64,000 nucleotides of DNA, from positions 1,472,001-1,536,000 of the forward strand of contig CP182352.1 of NCBI GenBank assembly GCA_048571215.1. Reading direction: 5' to 3'. Below, piece after piece: positions 9,560-17,705 of this stretch. The stretch is from Halarcobacter sp. GTDB lineage: Bacteria > Campylobacterota > Campylobacteria > Campylobacterales > Arcobacteraceae. The translations under genes were made by a program, and so were the position numbers. Position 1 is the stretch's first letter, and every line of letters begins with the position of its first letter. The notes beneath the pieces are model-generated. The model did no database searches. It was not told the origin of the DNA and saw nothing but the letters and a program-made list of their open reading frames with translations.

Positions 9560-10424
9560 ACCACAATTTAAAAAACCAGAGTGGTTAAGAAAAAAACTAG
9601 TTCCAACTGCACAAAAAGAGATGGAACAACTTTTAGGAGATCATAAACTTCATACAATCTGTCAAGAAGCAAAATGTCCAAATATAAGTGAATGTTTTGC
9701 AAAGAAAAATGCAACTTTTTTAATTCTTGGAAATATCTGTACTAGAAGATGTACTTATTGTAATGTACATACAGGAAAACCTACAGAAGTTGATTTAGAT
9801 GAGATTGAAGGAGTTACAACTTCAGTTATTAGACTTGGACTTAAATTTGTTGTTATTACAAGTCCTGCAAGGGATGATTTAGCAGATGGTGGAGCAAAAC
9901 AATTCTACAGAGTTACAAAAAATATTTTAGAAAAATCACCTGGAACTCAAGTTGAGATTTTAATTCCTGATTTCAAAGCAGATGAAGAAGCTTTAAAAAC
10001 AGTTGTAAACAGTGGTGCTGAGATTATTGGACACAATGTTGAAACTGTACCTTCACTATACCATATCAGAAGAAATGCTTCATATAAAAGAAGTTTAGAG
10101 GTTTTACAAAAACTAAAAGAGATAGGTGGAGATAAGATTAAAACAAAATCAGCTTTAATGGTTGGACTTGGAGAAACCGAAGAGGAAATGGTTCAAGTAT
10201 TTAAAGACTTAGTTGCTGTTGGTTGTAAATTTTTAAGTATAGGACAATACCTAGCTCCATCAGGTGAATATGAAAAAGTAAAAGAGTATGTAAAACCTGA
10301 ACAATTTGAAAGATATAAAAAACTTGCACTTGACTTAGGATTTGAGTTTGTACACGCTACTCCATATGCTAGAAGTTCTTATTTAGCTCATGAATACTTA
10401 GGTCATAAAGAAGCTACTAAATAG
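9543..10424 (+). CDS. lipA: Lipoyl synthase
   Basis: CQEAKCPNISEC and CTRRCTYC cluster motifs, ARSSY motif; start may be 9549. Confidence 0.96.
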   Translation: MTMSTKPQFKKPEWLRKKLVPTAQKEMEQLLGDHKLHTICQEAKCPNISECFAKKNATFLILGNICTRRCTYCNVHTGKPTEVDLDEIEGVTTSVIRLGLKFVVITSPARDDLADGGAKQFYRVTKNILEKSPGTQVEILIPDFKADEEALKTVVNSGAEIIGHNVETVPSLYHIRRNASYKRSLEVLQKLKEIGGDKIKTKSALMVGLGETEEEMVQVFKDLVAVGCKFLSIGQYLAPSGEYEKVKEYVKPEQFERYKKLALDLGFEFVHATPYARSSYLAHEYLGHKEATK

Positions 10425-10444
10425 AGGAGTCTTCAACTCCTCTA
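10422..10444. terminator. Bidirectional terminator-like hairpin between lipA and the IclR gene
   Basis: TAGAGGAGT-cttca-ACTCCTCTA perfect 9-bp stem between convergent genes. Confidence 0.7.
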
Positions 10445-10459
10445 AAAATTTAAAAATCT

Positions 10460-11188
10460 TTACATATATCCATTTACTAGTTTAAATATCTCTTGCCCAT
10501 ATTTATGTAAAACCTCCTCTTGAAGTCTTACAGATAGTCCAGAAATACCAACTGCTCCTACAAATCTATTTTGTTTATTGAAATATGGAACAGCTAAAGA
10601 TTTTAGTCCAAACTCATGTTCTTCACTCCCTATTGCATACCCTCTTTCCTTAACTAATTCTATCTCTTTTAAAAGTTTTGTTTTACTTGTGATTGTATTA
10701 CTTGTAAACTTTTTAAGTTCTAGGTTTTCAAAATCTACATTTTTACTAAATGCTAATAATATTTTTCCAAAACCATTTGTATGCAAAGGAGCATGTAGTC
10801 CTATAGAATCTCTTGTTTTTAATACTCTCTTTGATTTATCCACTTGATTTATATATAAAACAGAGTTATTATCAAATATTCCTATATATGCACACTCATT
10901 TGTTAAATAAAAAATCTCATCCAATAAGGCTTTTGTTTTTTCAACAATTTTTTGTATATCATCTTTTTGAACTATTTTTTTCATCAAATCACTAAGAACT
11001 ATCTCTTTACTATTATCCTTGTATTCAATAAAATCTTCATATATAAGTGTTGAAATAAGTCTTGACATTGTACTTTTATCTATCTCTAATCTATGACATA
11101 AAGTGTTTGCAGTCATAGGTTTTGTAGATATCATAACCTCTTTTAAAACTTGTAAACCTTTACTTAAGGATTTATTTTGATTTTGCAC
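10460..11188 (-). CDS. IclR family transcriptional regulator
   Basis: N-terminal HTH (KSTMSRLISTL); effector domain with PLHTNGFGKILLA and RGYA..EEHE motifs; GTG start. Confidence 0.92.
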   Translation of the reverse strand: MQNQNKSLSKGLQVLKEVMISTKPMTANTLCHRLEIDKSTMSRLISTLIYEDFIEYKDNSKEIVLSDLMKKIVQKDDIQKIVEKTKALLDEIFYLTNECAYIGIFDNNSVLYINQVDKSKRVLKTRDSIGLHAPLHTNGFGKILLAFSKNVDFENLELKKFTSNTITSKTKLLKEIELVKERGYAIGSEEHEFGLKSLAVPYFNKQNRFVGAVGISGLSVRLQEEVLHKYGQEIFKLVNGYM

Positions 11189-11289
11189 TTTTTAAAACTC
11201 TTTTTTTATTAAATTTGTTGAAATTATAGTCATATTCTACAAAAACTATACAATTTATCAAATTAAATAGGTTTTTTGTAAATTTTTTA

Positions 11290-11335
11290 TTTTATATGAT
11301 GAGATTATACAATAAATTTTTCTCACTATGTGAAA
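11290..11335. promoter_or_regulatory. Candidate IclR operators (two related 15-bp sites)
   Basis: Near-palindrome TCTCACTATGTGAAA (11321-11335) and an 11/15 match on the other strand (11290-11304) in the divergent intergenic region. Confidence 0.4.
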
Positions 11336-11522
11336 CTATCATATTCTCATTTTTATAAAGCCCTATTTTATGGTCTTCTTAGCCTTTATAAATTTAAACT
11401 TAAAAACAATTATCATATAAAAAAAATAGCTTCAGCTTATTTTTTATATGGATTAATTCTCCCATCAGAAAAATATATCTGAAATAAAATTTATTAAATA
11501 TAAAACAAAAAAGGTAATTATC

Positions 11523-12656
11523 ATGACTTCATCTTTCGTAGATTTATCAAAATTAACAGCAAATGATGATTTGAAACCAGTACTTGGTGGTAAATGGCCA
11601 GGTATACAAATTTATTATCCGCCAATTAAGTTCAATCCATTAGATGGAACATATGAAACTATGGAGCAAGCTAAGTATAGATTACAAAAACATGCCTATA
11701 AAACAAAAGCTCATACTGTTTTATTTGACCTTGAAGATGGTTGTAGAATGAAGGAGATGTCTAGAAAACTTCTTATTGAGGAATTACCAAAATTTCCCGA
11801 AAGAGATTTTCAAATAGCAATTAGGATTAATCCTTTTAGAACAGAAGAGTATGAACAAGATTTAAAAATGTTAAAACAAGTACACAAATATATTGATGCA
11901 ATTGTTTTAGCAAAAGCTGGGGAAGTTTATGGGGATGCTGAAATTAGAGACTTATCATCTTGGTTGGTTTCTATTGGTAGTAATTTACAAATTCAACCAA
12001 TTATTGAGCATCCAAAATCTTTACAAATTGCAGATAAACTAATGAGTCACTCAACAGTACAACATGTTGTATTTGGTATCCATGACTTTTCAAAAGCTAT
12101 GGCATATAAAATTACACCTGAGGGATGGATTGATGAATTGGAAACTTTCTTTAATATTCTTACTATGGAAGCAAGAATTAAAGGTAAAGGGGTTATTGGT
12201 GGAGTTGAAGTATTACTAACACCAAATTCATTACCAGATTCTTGTGTTGAGAAAAAAGATATTAGAAGATGGTTGGACTTACATGGAGATGATGCATCAA
12301 GACATGTATATGCCCATGCACAAAGAGAATATGCAATGGGACTTACTGGTAAACAAGTAATTACTCCAAACCATATAAATGTTTGTAAAGTTGCCTTTAC
12401 GCCAAGTCCAAATGAGATTAAAAGAGATATAAATATATTAAAAGCTGCAATTGAAACTGATGCTTTATTAAGTGGTGCTATTAGATATGAAGGTGAGATG
12501 TTAGACCCACCGATGTTTGGTAAATCTTTACAAAATATCTTAAGAGCAGGTGCTTTAAATAGTTTAAGTAAAGAAGATTATGAGTTTGCAGTAAAAGTAT
12601 TAAACAAAATGCCTTTACATACATTTAAAGAAAACTGGCCTTATGGTCAAATATAA
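11523..12656 (+). CDS. CitE/malyl-CoA lyase superfamily protein (HpcH/HpaI aldolase/citrate lyase family)
   Basis: FDLEDG, IRIN, IIEHP, FGIHDF, GKQVITP and GEMLDPP motifs. Confidence 0.82.
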   Translation: MTSSFVDLSKLTANDDLKPVLGGKWPGIQIYYPPIKFNPLDGTYETMEQAKYRLQKHAYKTKAHTVLFDLEDGCRMKEMSRKLLIEELPKFPERDFQIAIRINPFRTEEYEQDLKMLKQVHKYIDAIVLAKAGEVYGDAEIRDLSSWLVSIGSNLQIQPIIEHPKSLQIADKLMSHSTVQHVVFGIHDFSKAMAYKITPEGWIDELETFFNILTMEARIKGKGVIGGVEVLLTPNSLPDSCVEKKDIRRWLDLHGDDASRHVYAHAQREYAMGLTGKQVITPNHINVCKVAFTPSPNEIKRDINILKAAIETDALLSGAIRYEGEMLDPPMFGKSLQNILRAGALNSLSKEDYEFAVKVLNKMPLHTFKENWPYGQI

Positions 12657-12673
12657 TTGGGGAGTTATTAATT

Positions 12674-15193
12674 ATGAGTTCAAATTTAAAAATTGAAGTA
12701 CCAGAATTTCTAAATATTGGTGTAGCTTGTACATCAAGTCATTTAGGTACATCTAAAGAGAATAGCACAGCTATGATAATTGAAGATGACAAACTTGGTA
12801 CTGATGAAATTACATATAAAGATTTAGCAACTAAATCAGACCAAGTTTGTAACTTCCTTATAAGTATTGGAATCAAACCAAGAGATAGGGTTTTAGTTTG
12901 TTTAAAAAACTCTTTAGCTTACCCTATTTCATTTTTTGGAAGTATCAAAGCTGGGATTACAGCAGTTCCAACCTCTACACTTTTAAGTGGTTCAGAAGTT
13001 AAATATTTAGCTGAGGATTCACAAGCAAGTGCTATAGTATTATCAGCTTCTATGTATGAGAATTTAGTTCCATATTTAGAAAATGTAGATAATCTAAAAA
13101 CAATTATAGTTGCTGCAATTGACAGTGTAGAAAACCTTAAAAAACCAAAGGGTATAAATGTATATGCATTAAATGATATTTTGGCAAATGCAGATACAAC
13201 ACCTAATCATTATAATTCAAAAGCTGGTGAACCTGCATATTTGGTATATACATCTGGAACTACTGGTTATCCAAAAGGAGTTTTACACTCTCATAGATCA
13301 CTAATAGGTAGAACTCCTGCGACTGAGTATTGGTTTAACTTTAAAGAAAATGATAGAATCATGCATTCTGGGAAGTTTAACTGGACATATGTTTTAGGTT
13401 CTGCACTTATGGATCCATTATTTAATGGTCACACAGTAATCGCTTATGAGGGGGCAAATGATGCTTCAACATGGATTAACTTAATAAAAAAACATAAGTG
13501 TACTATCTTTATTGGAGTACCTACAATCTATAGACAAATCATCCAAAAAACAGATTTTACAATAGATGATTGTCCAAGTTTAAGATACTGCATGAGTGCT
13601 GGAGAACATTTATCAGATGAGATGATTGGTTTATGGAAAGAAAGATTCAACCAAGATATTTTTGAAGCAATTGGGATGAGTGAATGTTCTTATTATATTT
13701 CCCACTCAATCAATAATCCAATCAGACCAGGAAGTGCAGGATTTGTTCAACCAGGTCATACTGTAAAACTTTTAGACCCTAATACTTTACAAGAAGTAGG
13801 TGTTGAAGAGGAAGGTATGATATGTATAGGTATGGATGATCCAGGACTATTTTTAGAGTATTGGCAGTTAGAAGAGGAAACAACAAAAGCAAAACATGAT
13901 GGATACTTCTTTACAGGGGATTATGCTAAAAAAGATAAAGATGGTTATATCTGGTTTATTGGTAGAAAAGATGATATTATCAACACTTTTGGATTTAGAG
14001 TTTCGCCACATGAGATTGAAAGAGTTGTTAAAACCCATGAAGATATTGCAGATTGTGTTGCCTTTGGTTTAGAAATAGAAAAAGATAAAACTATAGTAGC
14101 AATTGCTGTTATAGGTCATGAAAAATTAAGTCAAGAGAAACAAGATGAAATCTTAGCATTTTCACAAGCTAATTTAGCAAAATATAAAGCACCAAAGACA
14201 ATTTTTGCTTTAGATGATTATCCTAGAACAAAAAACGGGAAAGTTTTAAGAAAACAACTTGTAAAACAATTACATGAACAATACCATGCAAAACAAAGTG
14301 GTGAAGAGATTATTGAGTATAAAGCTAGAAGATCAATGTTATTTGTTCCTTCATACAATAAAAGATATGTGCAAAAAGCAAAAAATATACTTGCCGATAC
14401 TGTTGTGTTTGATTTAGAAGCGATTTTACAAGAGCAAAAAGAGATAGCAAGAGGTGTTATAAAAGAGGTATTTAAAGAAAATAACTCTAAGTTTGGAGAA
14501 AGTGAAAGAGTTTTAAGAGTTAACTTTATTGAAAGTGATGATTTCAATAAAGATATACAACTAGCTTCAGAACTTGAACTAGATGGTATTTTATTTTCAC
14601 AAATCGAAACAGTAGAACAAATTTTGGAAGCTGAAAGAGTTATCAATGAGTTAAACCCAAATCTAACTATGATGGTTATGATTGAGACCCCTTTAGCTAT
14701 TTTGAATTCACCTGATATTTGTTCATCATCTAAAAAACTTGAGGTTGTAGTTGTTGGTTCAAATAACTTAGCAAATAGGCTTCAAATTGATATAAAAAGA
14801 GGTTCAAAAGCGATGTTTAATTACCTTGCTCGTATTGCCCTATCTGCAAAAGCATATGGTAAAACTGTTATTGATGGACCACACTATGATGTACATGATG
14901 AGTTTGCTTGTGAAGATTCGACAAAAGATGCTTTTAACTTAGGATTTGATGGTAAAGCCTTAATCCATCCAGTACAAGTTGAATATATCAATGATATCTT
15001 TACTCCAAAACAAAAAGAGGTTCAAGAGTATGAAGAGATGATTTCTAAATATGAAGATGCAATAAAAGATGGTAAAGAGGTTATTTTATATAAAGACAAA
15101 CTTGTTGATAAATGTAGAATTGTTTGGGCTAAAAAGATGATAACTCTTTATGAAACATATAAGTCTTTAGGTCAAAACCTATTTAATAAATAA
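12674..15193 (+). CDS. AMP-forming acyl-CoA ligase fused to a C-terminal CitE-like domain
   Basis: YTSGTTGYPKG, GMSE, TGD, GRKDD and PRTKNGK adenylation motifs; from ~14327 RRSMLFVP, RVLRVN, MIETP, GFDGKALIHP. Confidence 0.88.
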   Translation: MSSNLKIEVPEFLNIGVACTSSHLGTSKENSTAMIIEDDKLGTDEITYKDLATKSDQVCNFLISIGIKPRDRVLVCLKNSLAYPISFFGSIKAGITAVPTSTLLSGSEVKYLAEDSQASAIVLSASMYENLVPYLENVDNLKTIIVAAIDSVENLKKPKGINVYALNDILANADTTPNHYNSKAGEPAYLVYTSGTTGYPKGVLHSHRSLIGRTPATEYWFNFKENDRIMHSGKFNWTYVLGSALMDPLFNGHTVIAYEGANDASTWINLIKKHKCTIFIGVPTIYRQIIQKTDFTIDDCPSLRYCMSAGEHLSDEMIGLWKERFNQDIFEAIGMSECSYYISHSINNPIRPGSAGFVQPGHTVKLLDPNTLQEVGVEEEGMICIGMDDPGLFLEYWQLEEETTKAKHDGYFFTGDYAKKDKDGYIWFIGRKDDIINTFGFRVSPHEIERVVKTHEDIADCVAFGLEIEKDKTIVAIAVIGHEKLSQEKQDEILAFSQANLAKYKAPKTIFALDDYPRTKNGKVLRKQLVKQLHEQYHAKQSGEEIIEYKARRSMLFVPSYNKRYVQKAKNILADTVVFDLEAILQEQKEIARGVIKEVFKENNSKFGESERVLRVNFIESDDFNKDIQLASELELDGILFSQIETVEQILEAERVINELNPNLTMMVMIETPLAILNSPDICSSSKKLEVVVVGSNNLANRLQIDIKRGSKAMFNYLARIALSAKAYGKTVIDGPHYDVHDEFACEDSTKDAFNLGFDGKALIHPVQVEYINDIFTPKQKEVQEYEEMISKYEDAIKDGKEVILYKDKLVDKCRIVWAKKMITLYETYKSLGQNLFNK

Positions 15194-15202
15194 GGAAGAA
15201 AA

Positions 15203-16273
15203 ATGTCTACAATAAATACAAAGATAAATATGGGGAATTTTTTTGAAGACTTTTCAATGGGTCAAAAAATAATCCACCCTCTTCCTAGAACTATTAGTAA
15301 TGGAGATGTATCTTTATATATTGCCTTTACTGGTTCTAGATTTGCCCTACACTCTTCTGATGTGATAGCAAATCAACTAGGATATACTCAAAGACCAATA
15401 GATGATGTTTTGATGTTTCATCTAACTTTTGGGAAATCAGTACAAGATATCTCTTTAAATGCTATTGCAAATTTAGGATATGCGGAGATTAGTTTTCCAA
15501 ACCCTGTTTTTGTAGGTGATACAGTTTCTATGACTTCAACAGTTATAGGGCTAAAAGAGAATTCAAATGGAAAAAGTGGAGTTGTTTATGTACACTCTAT
15601 TGGAACCAACCAAGATAATAAAGAGGTATTAAACTTCAAAAGATGGGTTATGGTTCATAAAAAGGATAAAGAGACTTTAACCGGTATCAAAGAGATTCCT
15701 CAATTTAAAGAAGCAACACCTATAGTTGAAGATATTAATATCCCAACTATAACAACAGTAGATACAGATGCAACTGGCGGTGAGTATTTCTTTGAGGATT
15801 ATGAAACAGGGGAAAGATTAAACCATCCAGAGGGTATTACAATTGATGACAGTGACCATACACTAGCAACAAAGTTATACCAAAACAATGCAAAGGTACA
15901 TTTTAATGACCATATGATGAAATCAACTCCAATGGGTCAAAGACTTATGTATGGAGGGATTATAATCTCAATGGCTAGAGCTATTTCATTTAATGGCTTA
16001 CAAAATGCCCAATGGATCTATGCAATAAATAGTGGAGTACATGCAAATCCAAGCTATGCAGGAGATACTATCTACGCATATACAGAAGTTATAGATACTA
16101 TTGATTTAAAAAGAGATGATATTGGTTTATTAAGACTAAGAACAGTTGCAATTAAAAACCAAAAAAGTGATGAGATAAGTTCACCAAAAGGTGAAGATGG
16201 TAAGTACTTAAAAAATGTAGTACTTGATTTAGATTACACAGTTGTAATCCCAAAAAGAAATACAAAAAAATAA
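15203..16273 (+). CDS. mch: Double-MaoC hydratase, mesaconyl-C1-CoA hydratase (beta-methylmalyl-CoA dehydratase) like
   Basis: GNFFEDF, FHLTFGKSVQDISLNAIANLGYAE, VIGLKENSNGKSGVVYV, RWVMV recall Mch of the ethylmalonyl-CoA pathway and 3-HP bicycle; second FFEDY domain. Confidence 0.8.
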   Translation: MSTINTKINMGNFFEDFSMGQKIIHPLPRTISNGDVSLYIAFTGSRFALHSSDVIANQLGYTQRPIDDVLMFHLTFGKSVQDISLNAIANLGYAEISFPNPVFVGDTVSMTSTVIGLKENSNGKSGVVYVHSIGTNQDNKEVLNFKRWVMVHKKDKETLTGIKEIPQFKEATPIVEDINIPTITTVDTDATGGEYFFEDYETGERLNHPEGITIDDSDHTLATKLYQNNAKVHFNDHMMKSTPMGQRLMYGGIIISMARAISFNGLQNAQWIYAINSGVHANPSYAGDTIYAYTEVIDTIDLKRDDIGLLRLRTVAIKNQKSDEISSPKGEDGKYLKNVVLDLDYTVVIPKRNTKK

Positions 16274-16393
16274 CTAATTTAAGATAAGAGGTAAACACTG
16301 CCTCCTTTAGGTTTTCTCGAAAAGAGTTTAACAACAAGCTACTTTTAGCAATTTTTTATAAATTGCGTTAAAAAGTAGATAAAGAATATAAAA

Positions 16394-16416
16394 GGTTCCC
16401 CTTCAAATGGGGAACC
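16394..16416 (+). promoter_or_regulatory. GC-rich stem-loop just upstream of the RBS of the fourth cluster gene
   Basis: GGTTCCCC-ttcaaat-GGGGAACC perfect 8-bp stem, 6 nt before AAGGAG. Confidence 0.55.
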
Positions 16417-16434
16417 AATTTTAAGGAGAAAAAA

Positions 16435-17418
16435 ATGACACACCCAAACAAAGCACTATTTGAATCAGGAAAATCTTTACCGATTATTCCAACTTGTGAA
16501 CACTTTGCAGGAAGCGAAAAGCTAATCCTAAAAGGTTTTGAGATGCAAAAAAAATTAGGACCAGTATTTGATATTACTTGTGACTGTGAAGATGGAGCAG
16601 AAACTGGTAAAGAGGTTGAGCATGCTGAAATGATTGTAAGAGTTGTAAACTCTGAAGCAAATCCATATGGGATGGCAGGAACTAGAATCCATGACTTCTC
16701 TCATCCAGATTGGAGACAAGATGTTGATATACTTGTACCTGGTGCTGGAGAAAAGCTAGCATATATTACACTACCTAAATCTACTTCTTATGAAGAAGCA
16801 AAAACTCAAATTGAATATATTCAAGAGGTAGCAAAAAAAGCTGGTATAAAAAGAGAGATTCCTATTCATATCTTAATTGAAACCCATGGTGCATTACAAG
16901 ATGTAGAAAAAACTGCAACATTACCTTGGCTTCAAGTATTAGATTTTGGTTTAATGGACTTTGTATCGGGATATCAAGGGGCGATTCCTGCAATTAACAT
17001 GAGAAGTCCTGGTCAATTTGATCATAGATTAATAGCAGCTGCAAAAGCAAAAGTTTGTCAAGCAGCTATCCAAAACCATGTTATACCTTGTCACAATGTA
17101 ACTTTAGATTTAAAAAACCCATACCAAACATATAAAGATGCTGAACGAGCAAGAAATGAGTTTGGATTTATGAGAATGTGGTCAATTTATCCAACCCAAG
17201 TTCAAGCAATAGTTGATGCTATGAAACCAGACTTTACAGAGTTAGAAGCTGCACAAAATATTTTAATAGCAGCACAAGATGCTGAGTGGGGACCTATTCA
17301 ATATGATGGTGAATTACACGATAGAGCAACATATAGATACTTTTGGGAATTAGTTCAAAGAGCTAAATACTCAGGAGCAAAACTTCAAGATATAGTTGAA
17401 GAAAGATTTTTTGCTTAA
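16435..17418 (+). CDS. CitE-like CoA ester lyase (HpcH/HpaI aldolase/citrate lyase family)
   Basis: CDCEDGA, TRIHD, LIETHGA, FGLMDF, WSIYP, GELHDRA motifs. Confidence 0.85.
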   Translation: MTHPNKALFESGKSLPIIPTCEHFAGSEKLILKGFEMQKKLGPVFDITCDCEDGAETGKEVEHAEMIVRVVNSEANPYGMAGTRIHDFSHPDWRQDVDILVPGAGEKLAYITLPKSTSYEEAKTQIEYIQEVAKKAGIKREIPIHILIETHGALQDVEKTATLPWLQVLDFGLMDFVSGYQGAIPAINMRSPGQFDHRLIAAAKAKVCQAAIQNHVIPCHNVTLDLKNPYQTYKDAERARNEFGFMRMWSIYPTQVQAIVDAMKPDFTELEAAQNILIAAQDAEWGPIQYDGELHDRATYRYFWELVQRAKYSGAKLQDIVEERFFA

Positions 17419-17442
17419 TTTAGATTTTTAAGGAAAAATTAT

Positions 17443-17468
17443 AGATAAGAAGTTTATACTTCTTATCT
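17443..17468 (+). terminator. Hairpin after the lyase cluster (no U-tract on + strand)
   Basis: AGATAAGAAGT-ttat-ACTTCTTATCT perfect 11-bp stem. Confidence 0.55.
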
Positions 17469-17493
17469 CAAAAATAAATAAAAAGGAAAAAAG

Positions 17494-17583
17494 ATGATCA
17501 AGTACAATCAAATCATGCTTGCAGATAAGAAACAACTCGTCATGGTCGCCAACCATAGTGAGAAAAGTTTATACCCCAGGTAG
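17494..17583 (+). CDS. Candidate 29-aa small ORF / leader peptide MIKYNQIMLADKKQLVMVANHSEKSLYPR
   Basis: AAGGA RBS upstream, ATG 17494, TAG 17581-17583; absent from the ORF track. Confidence 0.45.
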   Translation: MIKYNQIMLADKKQLVMVANHSEKSLYPR

Positions 17584-17705
17584 AGTTTTTTAGACAATAT
17601 AATTTAACTACCCAATAAACTTCCACAAAAAATTCTCACTTAAAACCCAATTACCCAAAAAATAAAAAAACAATTGTCATTAATTTTAAATTTAAGGACA
17701 AGATA

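Noticed and set aside
11523..17418. Citrate lyase (citCDEF) operon or a complete autotrophic 3-HP bicycle
   Set aside because: No citD, citF or citC and no malonyl-CoA reductase or propionyl-CoA synthase in the window; only CitE-fold domains and Mch.
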